The notes under the pieces are model-generated. The model had not been told where the DNA came from. It did no database searches and saw only the letters and a program-made list of their open reading frames with translations. A stretch of 33,799 nt of DNA, from the NCBI GenBank assembly GCA_964630195.1, contig CAZVSF010000002.1, positions 1 through 33,799 of the forward strand. The letters run 5' to 3'. A program made the translations under genes and the position numbers. The stretch is from an uncultured Lentisphaeria bacterium. Lineage in GTDB: Bacteria; Fidelibacterota; UBA8477; JABMPR01. The first letter of the stretch is position 1, and each line of letters starts with the position of its first letter. Below, in pieces: positions 9,853 to 18,312 of the stretch.

Positions 9853-11262
9853 ATGAAGCGATCTGAATTTTTAAAGCTCAGTCTTACGGCAACCGCAGCG
9901 CTGGTATCTACAAGTTATCTGGGTGGTTGTGCGCCTGCTTTTATTAAGAAGAGAAAGCCAAATATGTTGCTGATCATGACGGATCAACAGCACATCGATA
10001 CCATCGCCGGCATGGGTTGTGATCAGGTAAGGACACCCTGGTTCGATAAATATTGTACAGAGGGTGTTCACTTTAGACAGTCCTACAGTACCAACCCAGT
10101 TTGTTCACCTGCCCGGAGCTCAATTCTGACGGGACGGATGGCCAGTGAAACAGGTGTTTATGGGAACAACCTTCCTATCAGAAAGGAAGTCCCCAATGTA
10201 GGGCAGTGGTTTAGAAGCAAATCTGCATACGATACCTATTATGCCGGCAAGTGGCATTTGCCCAAGAGTTGGGTACAAAGCATACCCGGTTTTGATCTGC
10301 TAACACCAGGTGTCCAAAACCAGGGGAATATTGGCGATTCAATGGTCTCTATGGCCTGTGAGGGTTTCTTTCATAATCGCAAGCCATCTGATGACCCCTA
10401 TCTCATGGTAGCATCCCTTTTTCAACCTCACGATATCTGCCAATGGTACAGATTGAATATGAATAACCAGTCGACTTTGCAATATCCGCAGATAGAGAGT
10501 TTACTTCCGCCCCTGCCAAAAAATTTCGATAAAATACCTCTGGAATCCAGCGTGATAGAAGATTTGCGAAAGGCCCATGAACCTGTGAAGGGCGGATGGT
10601 CTGAATTGATGTGGCAGTACTATCTCTATGTCTATTACCGTCAGGTGGAAATGGTTGAAGCAGAAATCAGCAGGATTTTACAAGCTCTGGAAGATTCTGG
10701 GCAACGTGAAAATACCCTGGTAATGATTACTTCAGATCACGGAGAAGGAATGGCTGAGCATCGGATGATTCGTAAGAATTATCTCTATGAGGCCTCAGCC
10801 AAGGTCCCATTGATCGTTTCCTGGCCTGATCAAATGCAATCAAACCACGATGATAAAAGAAATCTAGTGAGTGGGATTGATCTGGTACCAACCATGTGTG
10901 ACTATGCGGAAATAGCGTCGCCAGGCAATATCCATAGCAGAAGTTTAAGACCGCTATTGGAAAATCGTGAGACCACCTGGCGCTCAAATTTAATAAGTGA
11001 AGTCAGCCATGGTGGTCATGGTGTAAAAGATCAGCTGGCCAGAATGGTACGGACTGATAAATACAAATATACGATTTATTCGAGAGATCGAGTGGAACAA
11101 CTTTTTGATCTTGAAAAAGATCCAGGCGAAATTGACAATCTGGCAACAAAATCAGGATATGGGCAAAATCTGTTAGAACACAGGAATTTGCTGAAAGCCT
11201 GGGAATCAAAACTGGAGCTAGATCCTGATTTACCAGACAATAAAAAATGGAAAAATGTATAA
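9853..11262 (+). CDS. Cys-type sulfatase (TDQQ-type N-terminus), lipoprotein
   Basis: 469-aa ORF. KRSEFLKL (degenerate Tat-like) plus lipobox LGGC. PNMLLIMTDQQHID...CSPARSSILTG. C-terminal QLFDLEKDPGEIDNLA. Confidence 0.88.
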   Translation: MKRSEFLKLSLTATAALVSTSYLGGCAPAFIKKRKPNMLLIMTDQQHIDTIAGMGCDQVRTPWFDKYCTEGVHFRQSYSTNPVCSPARSSILTGRMASETGVYGNNLPIRKEVPNVGQWFRSKSAYDTYYAGKWHLPKSWVQSIPGFDLLTPGVQNQGNIGDSMVSMACEGFFHNRKPSDDPYLMVASLFQPHDICQWYRLNMNNQSTLQYPQIESLLPPLPKNFDKIPLESSVIEDLRKAHEPVKGGWSELMWQYYLYVYYRQVEMVEAEISRILQALEDSGQRENTLVMITSDHGEGMAEHRMIRKNYLYEASAKVPLIVSWPDQMQSNHDDKRNLVSGIDLVPTMCDYAEIASPGNIHSRSLRPLLENRETTWRSNLISEVSHGGHGVKDQLARMVRTDKYKYTIYSRDRVEQLFDLEKDPGEIDNLATKSGYGQNLLEHRNLLKAWESKLELDPDLPDNKKWKNV

Positions 11263-11292
11263 CCGACGTTGACCATTATCGGGAGGAAGAAA

Positions 11293-12987
11293 TTGAAAGC
11301 TAAAGCTGTTTTAGTGATGACATTAGGTGCTATCGTTGCTCTTATAGGACTTGTGAGCTGTACACCAGGGGCCGTACCTGAGATTTCATTGACACCAGGG
11401 AACGTACCCGAGACCTCATGGACGCCAGAAATATTGACAAATAGTGACCTCTATCTACCGGATTTTTCAACTGCCGGCTATGCCTGGGGTGAAAAACCAT
11501 TACCGAATCTGGAGGCCACTCTTTTTGCAACTGATTTTGGGGTTATAGCAGATGATGGAGCAGATGATTCCGAAGCGCTGCAAGCTGCATTTAAAGCTGC
11601 TCATGAGACCGAGGGATCTGTGGTTCTAAGGCTACCTGCTGGAAAAATCATCTTATCTCAAATCCTGTACATCGAGCGGAGTAATTTTGTGCTTCAGGGG
11701 GCTGGGGATGGAGCAGGTGGAACCGTTATTTATATGCCTAAACCCTTGTCTGAACTTCCGGATCCTGATGAATTGTCTGAATTGCGGGAATATTTGATTG
11801 TAAATAACAAACGTCAGCGTGAAAAAGATCGGGGCGTTGATGAGCCATTTTCCCAATACGCCTGGTCAGCAGGATTTATCTGGGTTCAAAATCCGGAAAT
11901 ACAGGCAAAGATATATCTGAAAAAATATTATCAGGAACCAGAGGTATTGGCAACCACAATTTCAGGTAACAGGGGAGACCGAAGCTTCAAAGTCAATGAT
12001 GCCAGTCAGCTGAAGGCAGGGGACTTTGTCAGAATCAATTGGTTTAATCGAGAGGGTGAGGAGTCATCGTTGATTGATCATCTTTATGATGGTAAGGATG
12101 TGGTTGTTGGTCTCAGACATTGGGAAAACCCTGGAATCCCAATCATAAAGCAAGAAGTTACCATTGTGGCGGTTTCTGGGAATACGGTGACACTTAAAGA
12201 ACACTTACTTCATGATTTACGACCAGAATGGTTCCCAACCATCACCCGGTGGGATGCATTGTCACAGGTTGGCATTGAGAACCTCAAGTTTGAATTTCCC
12301 GATCCTGATACCACTTATATTGCCCACCATCTGGAAAAGGGGTATAACGCCATCTATCTCACAAACCTCACCCAATCCTGGCTGAAAAATGTTTCAGTAC
12401 ACAACGGTGATAGTGGAATACTCGCCGATGTGTGCTCAAATATAACCATAGAGGGTGGTGTATTTACCGGGAAGCTCAGTCACTATACCATTATGTTTGG
12501 TGATGTGACCAGCCTACTGGCAAAAAATGTGAAGGTCCATGGTCCCTGCAGGCATTCATTAAGTTTTAACACAGGATCTCGGGCCTGTGTATATACCCAT
12601 TGCGAAGTAACTATTGCACCATCTCTCGACCAGCATGGGGGTGCCAATCATCAGAATCTTTTTGATGATATCAGCATTGTTGAAAATAAGCCTGGCAGAA
12701 CCTTTTTCTATAAGGGTGGAGACGGATATTGGTCACCTACCCATGGTGCTTTTTCCACATTCTGGAATATTGACGTGACCTTTAGCTATCCGAATGAACC
12801 CAACGCTGTGATCGATCTTGAAGGGGTACCCAACGGCCCCTCAGCAAGACTTGTTGGTCTGCATGCCAATTATCCCATGAACATTTCTTATGGTCCGGAT
12901 GCCTATTTTGAAGGGATCAACAAGCCAAATTTAGCTGTGCCTTCACTTTATGAATATCAACTGGAGCAACGGCTGGCCAGCCAGTGA
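11293..12987 (+). CDS. Right-handed beta-helix (pectate-lyase-superfamily-3-like) glycan-degrading enzyme candidate, lipoprotein
   Basis: The ORF track starts at TTG 11269. The in-frame TTG at 11293 sits 6 nt after GGAGG (11282-11286) and yields a clean lipoprotein signal (M)KAKAVLVMTLGAIVALIGLVSC; ATG 11317 is another option. ATDFGVIADDGADDSEALQAAFKAAH is the typical N-terminal motif of pectate_lyase_3/GH28/GH55-like beta-helix proteins. Later beta-helix rungs include NGDSGILADVCSNITIEGG. Confidence 0.7.
   Translation: MKAKAVLVMTLGAIVALIGLVSCTPGAVPEISLTPGNVPETSWTPEILTNSDLYLPDFSTAGYAWGEKPLPNLEATLFATDFGVIADDGADDSEALQAAFKAAHETEGSVVLRLPAGKIILSQILYIERSNFVLQGAGDGAGGTVIYMPKPLSELPDPDELSELREYLIVNNKRQREKDRGVDEPFSQYAWSAGFIWVQNPEIQAKIYLKKYYQEPEVLATTISGNRGDRSFKVNDASQLKAGDFVRINWFNREGEESSLIDHLYDGKDVVVGLRHWENPGIPIIKQEVTIVAVSGNTVTLKEHLLHDLRPEWFPTITRWDALSQVGIENLKFEFPDPDTTYIAHHLEKGYNAIYLTNLTQSWLKNVSVHNGDSGILADVCSNITIEGGVFTGKLSHYTIMFGDVTSLLAKNVKVHGPCRHSLSFNTGSRACVYTHCEVTIAPSLDQHGGANHQNLFDDISIVENKPGRTFFYKGGDGYWSPTHGAFSTFWNIDVTFSYPNEPNAVIDLEGVPNGPSARLVGLHANYPMNISYGPDAYFEGINKPNLAVPSLYEYQLEQRLASQ
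11362..11430 (+). repeat. Tandem 30-nt repeat (2.3 copies) encoding TPG(A/N)VPE(I/T)S(L/W) linker just after the lipobox Cys
   Basis: Unit 1 is 11362-11391 (acaccaggggccgtacctgagatttcattg). Unit 2 is 11392-11421 (acaccagggaacgtacccgagacctcatgg). A partial unit follows at 11422-11430. Confidence 0.7.
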
Positions 12988-13061
12988 CAGGCAGCGTCTA
13001 GCTCAATCAATCGATTGTTTTACGACTATAGCGATTTGATGGAAGTCCCTCCAAGCTCATT

Positions 13062-15266
13062 ATGAAGATATTCCATGGGACAAGATTGTTAATTAGCCTG
13101 GGTTGCCTTACAGCTCTCGTCTCTTGTAAGTCCGAAACTCAGCCATTTCACATTCACAAGGGAATGATGCTATCTGATCAGCAACTGGTCGAGGCGTTGG
13201 ATCGATCTAATCCTGAGGGTCTGAAGCTATACGAATCACTACGTCAGCTAGAGGATCCAACAACACGAAATGAACAGCTGTCAGATTATTTCAAGAACAA
13301 GCTGGCCATTAGATATTATTTCAATTGGAGAAACTTTGATTCCAGATTTAAGACGTTTCAAAGTGAGTTGCCAGATGAGCAAAAATATCATCAAAAGCAG
13401 GGTGAGCTTCATCTTGGCCTTTACCGGGCAAACACGACCTGGGATTGGCCTCGAAATGATCAGAACGGCAACCCGATCAGCGCCTATCAATTTCGTCACC
13501 TGGCCAGACAGCAAGATGTTGAATCCCACATATTTACTGGATTCTACGAACAGAATATCAAAGCAAAGAAGCAATACTTCGTAGATCAGGTAAGTAGTCT
13601 CATGGAAGCCTACCAGGTGGGAGCGTATGAAGATCGGAATCATGGAGTGTTTGCAACGTTTATCGCAGGCAGGCGCGTTTACACCTGGCTGTTTATTCAC
13701 AACGCCCTCCTGAGCCGACCTGAGTACTCCACGGCGGATCAATTGCTATTGATCAAGACCTTTCTGGCACATGGCGCAGATCTGGCTGAAAGATGCCAGA
13801 CATATGAACCAGGAAACCATCACACCCGCGGATTGGTCGCTCTCTATGAAATTGCTGCATTATTCTCTGAATTTACGGATACCAAAGACTGGCGTGAGTT
13901 AGCAGTCGATGGTTTACTCTGGCATATGGATAACGAGATTGGAAGTGATGGATTTCAGTTTGAGCGATCGGTTTTCTATCACATGGGGGACATTGAGAAT
14001 TATTTCAGGGTCGCCAGATTAGCAAGTAACTGCGGATATGATTTACCAGAAAAATATTGGACCCGACTTAAGAGCATGTTTAACAGTCTGGAACTATTAA
14101 GTCAGGATAATGGGAAGGTCCCTCCGCTCCAGGACTGTAGTGGTCCCTATGGGGATGAAATATCTATTTCCAGCGCCATGATCATGGGCTTCGACGCTTT
14201 CAGAGAATCAGCGTGGATGCCGCTTCTGGGAAACGAACTACCCAGGAATGGATTTTGGCTCCTGAGTGATGATCTGGTAAAGGAGTTCCACGACATTGAA
14301 GGGGGTAAACCTGAGCAAAAACAATCCTCGGTATTAAGGGATGCTGGATACTACATCATGCGGTCTTATAAAACAGGACACTTGAACCAGATCATTATTT
14401 CAGCCGGTTTGTCGGAAATAAAACCGGATCATCAGCAGGGTGACATGTTGGGATTTACGCTCTACTCTGAGAAGCAATCCAGGCTGCCAAATTATGAGGT
14501 CCAGTACAATGATCCGGAGTACAGGGATTTCAAAAATTCACTGGCTAAAAATGTGGCAATTGTCGATGGCATGCTTCAGGGTAAGTATTGGACAGGCAAA
14601 CCTGGAGGGACGGGATTTGCCACGTGGGGTTGCTTGCCTGAGCCAGAAGTTTTGAATTGGATGAGCAATGATAATTATGACTATTTCGCTGGAACCCATG
14701 ATGGTTATGACTCAATTGGTGTGGATTATTTACGAGAGATTATATATCTCAAGCCATCTGTTTTGGTCGTGGCAGATCATTTCAGATCGTCCACTCCCCA
14801 TGATTATTCCCAGATATGGCAGGGGGATTTTTCCAGAAGCGATGATGAAAATGCATTTACCCGTGTTTTTGAGGATGGGTATCATCTTGATTTAAATATT
14901 GCCAATGAGGCTGGGGTGAATCTTTCCAGTGGAATACTTGGAAGCAAGGCTCACACAGTGTTTACCGTTAATGGGAAATCAAATTATGATATAATCACCA
15001 TCCTTGGATTGAACCTCCAGGGAATTGCAGGCAGCGATGGCAAAATTTCAGCAAGGGATCCCAGCCAGGAATGGATGGTTCAACTCGATGCAGTGAAGCA
15101 CGAAATAAAGCTGAGTAAATCAGCGAGTGATGAAATGTTCCTTCTCAAGAATTTATTTATTGATGAAGACACAGGTGATAGAACCAGTGACATTTCAACA
15201 ATTTTAACAACAAGGGATGGTGATAATTCAACATTATTATCCCGGATCAATCAGTATGAGCAATAG
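13062..15266 (+). CDS. Heparinase II/III-like polysaccharide lyase, lipoprotein
   Basis: 734-aa ORF. Lipoprotein signal ...LTALVSC. The size and two-part layout fit the alpha/alpha-toroid plus beta-sandwich lyases (PL12/15/17/21). EPGNHHTRGL is an Asn-His motif. KPDHQQGDMLGFTLY resembles the GHxHxDxLSFxL motif of the Hepar_II_III C-domain (from memory). Confidence 0.72.
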   Translation: MKIFHGTRLLISLGCLTALVSCKSETQPFHIHKGMMLSDQQLVEALDRSNPEGLKLYESLRQLEDPTTRNEQLSDYFKNKLAIRYYFNWRNFDSRFKTFQSELPDEQKYHQKQGELHLGLYRANTTWDWPRNDQNGNPISAYQFRHLARQQDVESHIFTGFYEQNIKAKKQYFVDQVSSLMEAYQVGAYEDRNHGVFATFIAGRRVYTWLFIHNALLSRPEYSTADQLLLIKTFLAHGADLAERCQTYEPGNHHTRGLVALYEIAALFSEFTDTKDWRELAVDGLLWHMDNEIGSDGFQFERSVFYHMGDIENYFRVARLASNCGYDLPEKYWTRLKSMFNSLELLSQDNGKVPPLQDCSGPYGDEISISSAMIMGFDAFRESAWMPLLGNELPRNGFWLLSDDLVKEFHDIEGGKPEQKQSSVLRDAGYYIMRSYKTGHLNQIIISAGLSEIKPDHQQGDMLGFTLYSEKQSRLPNYEVQYNDPEYRDFKNSLAKNVAIVDGMLQGKYWTGKPGGTGFATWGCLPEPEVLNWMSNDNYDYFAGTHDGYDSIGVDYLREIIYLKPSVLVVADHFRSSTPHDYSQIWQGDFSRSDDENAFTRVFEDGYHLDLNIANEAGVNLSSGILGSKAHTVFTVNGKSNYDIITILGLNLQGIAGSDGKISARDPSQEWMVQLDAVKHEIKLSKSASDEMFLLKNLFIDEDTGDRTSDISTILTTRDGDNSTLLSRINQYEQ

Positions 15267-15299
15267 TAAATTATTGTGAAAAGAGAAAAAGGAACAGTT

Positions 15300-16505
15300 A
15301 TGGTTACCGCGAAGCGATTGAGATTCATTTTGATGGGAATAATTTTATTGAGTGTATTGATTGGTTGTGCAGCAGAATTGTCAGTGGGCTTTGGAACCGA
15401 TGTGATTAAAACACCAGTCGATGTCGCTTCCATTGATCGCCAGCGAATTATCGAATCAGCTGATAGCTACTTAAAGGAAATGCCTGTTACTGTTACTGCG
15501 GCAACCTGTGAGCGCAGTCTGGGTGGTCCCCACGATTTTTACTCAGAAGGAGACTACTGGTGGCCAAATCCAGACAATCCTCATGGTCCATACATGCAGC
15601 GCGATGGCATGAGCAATCCCGATAATTTTGTCGATCATCGTCAGGCCATGCGGCGTATGAGCATCCAGGTAGCCAACCTGGCCGCAGCCTACAAGGTCAC
15701 TGGGGAAAAGAAGTACGCAGATCATGCTGCCAAACATTTGATCGCCTGGTTTGTAAATGAAGACACAAAAATGAATCCGCATATGCGTTTTGCTCAGGCA
15801 ATTATGAATGTTGTCCCTGGCCGCGGTGTTGGTCTTATTGATGGCATTCACCTCGTCGAACCAGCTCGAGCCGTGACCATCATTCAGGACTCAGGATCGT
15901 TGACAAAATCAGAATTGAAAAGCATCAAAAACTGGTACGCGACCTTTCTGACATGGATAACAACCCATGAATATGGGATTGATGAGCGCGAGAGAAAGAA
16001 CAACCATGGTACCTGCTGGGTCATGCAGGCTGCCGAATTTGCCAGACTAACCGGGAATGAAGAGATTTTGGATTATTGTCGTGATCGTTATAAAACCGTC
16101 CTGCTTCCGAACCAGATGTCTGAAGATGGCGGATTCTTCATGGAGCTCAGGCGTACCAAACCCTATGGCTATAGTCTATTCAATATTGATGCCATGGCCA
16201 CGGTATGTCATATCCTGTCAACACCAGAAGATAACCTATGGACCTTCACCCTGGAAGATGGCAGGGGAATCGCCAGGGGTATGGAGTTTATCGTCCCATT
16301 TATTGCTGACAAATCTGCCTGGACTCTGCCAACTGATGTCATGTATTGGGATCAATGGCCAGTAAGACAACCCAGTCTACTATTCGCTGGTATGTCGCTG
16401 GGCAATCAGGCGTATATCGATTTATGGAAAACATTGAAACCACTGCCTGAAACAGAGGAAGGTTTAAGAAATTTCCCCATCCGTGAACCCGTCTTGTGGT
16501 TTTAA
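15300..16505 (+). CDS. Alginate-lyase-domain (PL5/AlgL-like) polysaccharide lyase paralog, lipoprotein
   Basis: The ORF track starts at GTG 15276. The in-frame ATG at 15300 gives MVTAKRLRFILMGIILLSVLIGC (lipobox). GGPHDFYSEGDYWWPNPDNPHGPYMQRDGMSNPD, WFVNEDTKMNPHM and KNNHGTCW are colinear with ORF 6238..7470. Confidence 0.72.
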   Translation: MVTAKRLRFILMGIILLSVLIGCAAELSVGFGTDVIKTPVDVASIDRQRIIESADSYLKEMPVTVTAATCERSLGGPHDFYSEGDYWWPNPDNPHGPYMQRDGMSNPDNFVDHRQAMRRMSIQVANLAAAYKVTGEKKYADHAAKHLIAWFVNEDTKMNPHMRFAQAIMNVVPGRGVGLIDGIHLVEPARAVTIIQDSGSLTKSELKSIKNWYATFLTWITTHEYGIDERERKNNHGTCWVMQAAEFARLTGNEEILDYCRDRYKTVLLPNQMSEDGGFFMELRRTKPYGYSLFNIDAMATVCHILSTPEDNLWTFTLEDGRGIARGMEFIVPFIADKSAWTLPTDVMYWDQWPVRQPSLLFAGMSLGNQAYIDLWKTLKPLPETEEGLRNFPIREPVLWF

Positions 16506-16630
16506 TTCTGGATCACCGTTAAAAACCACAGGGCTGATACGTTTATAGGTGACATGCCTGGTAGAGTTGTTACATTATTTTTGTTTCGTTAATCAATCGG
16601 TCCAGGTGACCATTCATATAGGTAATTGTT

Positions 16631-17926
16631 ATGCAAACTGAACGTCTTCCCGCCTTCCATGTCCTGGCCAAACCCATTGGCCCCATCTGTAATCTGGACT
16701 GCAGCTACTGCTTCTATCTGGAAAAGGATCAACTCTATCCTGAAGTGAAGAATTTCAAAATGGAACCTGCTGTCCTTGAAACCTTTATTCGACAAAAAAT
16801 TGAAGGTCATAGCGTGGATACGGTCCATTTCACCTGGCAGGGTGGTGAACCTACCTTGTTAGGTGTTGACTATTTTAGGGAAGTCGTGCGTTTGCAGGAG
16901 AAGTACGCTGGGGGTAGGCGCATTGAAAATGGCTTTCAGACCAATGGCGTCCTGTTGAATGACGAGTGGTGTGAATTTTTCAAAAAGCACAACTTCCTGA
17001 TTGGGTTATCCATCGATGGTCCCGCAGAACTTCACGATATTTATCGGCTCAATAAGGGGGGCAGTGGGAGTTTCGACCAGGTCATGGACGGGCTGGCTTT
17101 GCTGAAAAAACATGGTGTCGAATACAATACCCTGACGGTGGTGAATGCCGGTAACCAGGCGCATCCAGATGAGATTTATGATTTTCTCAAATCCATAGGA
17201 AGTACCTATTGGCAGTTCATCCCCATTGTGGAACGGCTGCGCAAAGAAGATGGGATGTTGGCAGCCCCAGACGAAACGGGTGAGATACCCATGAGTGAAT
17301 GGTCTGTAGAGCCTGAGGCTTATGGTCATTTTCTGGAACACATTTTTCAACGGTGGGTCAGGGAAGATGTGGGACAGATATTTGTCCAACATTTTGAATC
17401 AGCTCTGGCCAATGAGTTGGAAATGCCAGCTGGTGTTTGCGTCTGGAATTCCACCTGTGGTTCGGCTCTGGCAATCGAGCATAATGGTGATGTCTTTCCC
17501 TGTGATCATTACGTTTTCCCACACTATAAATTGGGCAATATTAAAGAAATTCCTCTCGTAGAGATGATACATGATCCCATTCAAATTGAATTTGGGAATG
17601 ATAAGAAAGACAAGTTGCCACAAATATGTCTCGATTGCGAAGTTCTGGATCTCTGTCATGGTGAATGTCCCAAACATCGCTTCATGACGGGGGCGGATGG
17701 GGAGGTAGGACTCAATTATCTTTGTGACGGATATAAACATTTCTTCACAACGATCCGGCCCGAATTGGGTGTTATCGCAGAGTTGTTCGAATTGGGGAAA
17801 CCTGCAGAGAACATCAAGGAATGGATGAAGGAAAAGGATTTGGGGTTTCCTTCACTGAATGCGAAGCGAAATGAGCCCTGTCCCTGTGGCAGTGGTAAAA
17901 AATTCAAAGCATGTTGCGCCATCTAG
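16631..17926 (+). CDS. Anaerobic sulfatase-maturating enzyme (radical SAM/SPASM) with C-terminal SEC-C zinc-binding motif
   Basis: 431-aa ORF with no signal peptide. Radical-SAM CNLDCSYC (CX3CX2C, nt 16688-16711). GGEPTL motif. SPASM-type cysteines CVWNSTCGS...PCDHY and CLDCEVLDLCHGEC (CX2CX5CX3C). The last 18 aa, NEPCPCGSGKKFKACCAI (nt 17870-17923), match the SecA C-terminal SEC-C motif. Confidence 0.9.
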   Translation: MQTERLPAFHVLAKPIGPICNLDCSYCFYLEKDQLYPEVKNFKMEPAVLETFIRQKIEGHSVDTVHFTWQGGEPTLLGVDYFREVVRLQEKYAGGRRIENGFQTNGVLLNDEWCEFFKKHNFLIGLSIDGPAELHDIYRLNKGGSGSFDQVMDGLALLKKHGVEYNTLTVVNAGNQAHPDEIYDFLKSIGSTYWQFIPIVERLRKEDGMLAAPDETGEIPMSEWSVEPEAYGHFLEHIFQRWVREDVGQIFVQHFESALANELEMPAGVCVWNSTCGSALAIEHNGDVFPCDHYVFPHYKLGNIKEIPLVEMIHDPIQIEFGNDKKDKLPQICLDCEVLDLCHGECPKHRFMTGADGEVGLNYLCDGYKHFFTTIRPELGVIAELFELGKPAENIKEWMKEKDLGFPSLNAKRNEPCPCGSGKKFKACCAI

Positions 17927-18123
17927 ACGGTATGAGCGGTCTGAACCTATAATACAGGATCTGGCGTGGGAGTATAGGTGGTAATATTCTGCAACATACC
18001 ACATTGCCAATTCACCCCACCAGGTCTTGCCCTCTCACTATCAATTTTAGGGTCTTTGATCTTGAGATTCCCGGTATCTACAAACCTTATCAATCCTCGT
18101 ATGCTGAAATAGTAGAAATATCC

Positions 18124-18152
18124 TTGACATCCCTTTAACTCTCTTTTAAACT
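18124..18152 (+). promoter_or_regulatory. Candidate sigma70-type promoter TTGACA-17 nt-TAAACT for the TBDR operon
   Basis: Perfect -35 TTGACA at 18124-18129. After a 17-nt spacer, TAAACT at 18147-18152 matches TATAAT at 4 of 6 positions. It lies in the only long non-coding gap (17927-18312) upstream of the TBDR. The promoter type used by this lineage is unknown. Confidence 0.3.
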
Positions 18153-18157
18153 AAATG

Positions 18158-18191
18158 TGTCATACATCTTACTAATTATCTCCGTATGACA
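18158..18191. promoter_or_regulatory. 8-bp perfect inverted repeat TGTCATAC-N18-GTATGACA just downstream of the candidate -10 (operator-like)
   Basis: TGTCATAC at 18158-18165 and its reverse complement GTATGACA at 18184-18191. A third direct copy of GTCATACATC (18273-18282) duplicates 18159-18168. Confidence 0.35.
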
Positions 18192-18216
18192 GAATTTGAA
18201 AAAATCGGGAAGTATC

Positions 18217-18231
18217 GAATACATTGTATTC
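18217..18231. promoter_or_regulatory. Perfect 15-bp palindrome GAATACA-T-TGTATTC in the TBDR leader
   Basis: GAATACA at 18217-18223, centre T at 18224, TGTATTC at 18225-18231. Verified by reverse-complementing by hand. Confidence 0.3.
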
Positions 18232-18312
18232 TTTAGTATATGGCTGGAAGCTTTACTGTGGCGCAAAAATTCGTCATACATCATTCATATTTATGAAAAA
18301 GGGAGTACCTGC

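Noticed and set aside
13008-13017. 10-bp perfect palindrome CAATCGATTG in the 74-nt gap before the heparinase-like gene.
   Set aside because: It is short and AT-rich around a ClaI-type site, so it is expected by chance in 34 kb. It has no flanking promoter-like elements or T-run.
18196-18312. TTG-initiated 39-aa N-terminal extension of the TBDR given by the ORF track.
   Set aside because: The extension (MKKSGSIEYIVFFSIWLEALLWRKNSS...) would bury the signal peptide and would cover the palindromes in the leader. ATG 18313 has a GGGAG upstream and yields a normal signal peptide.
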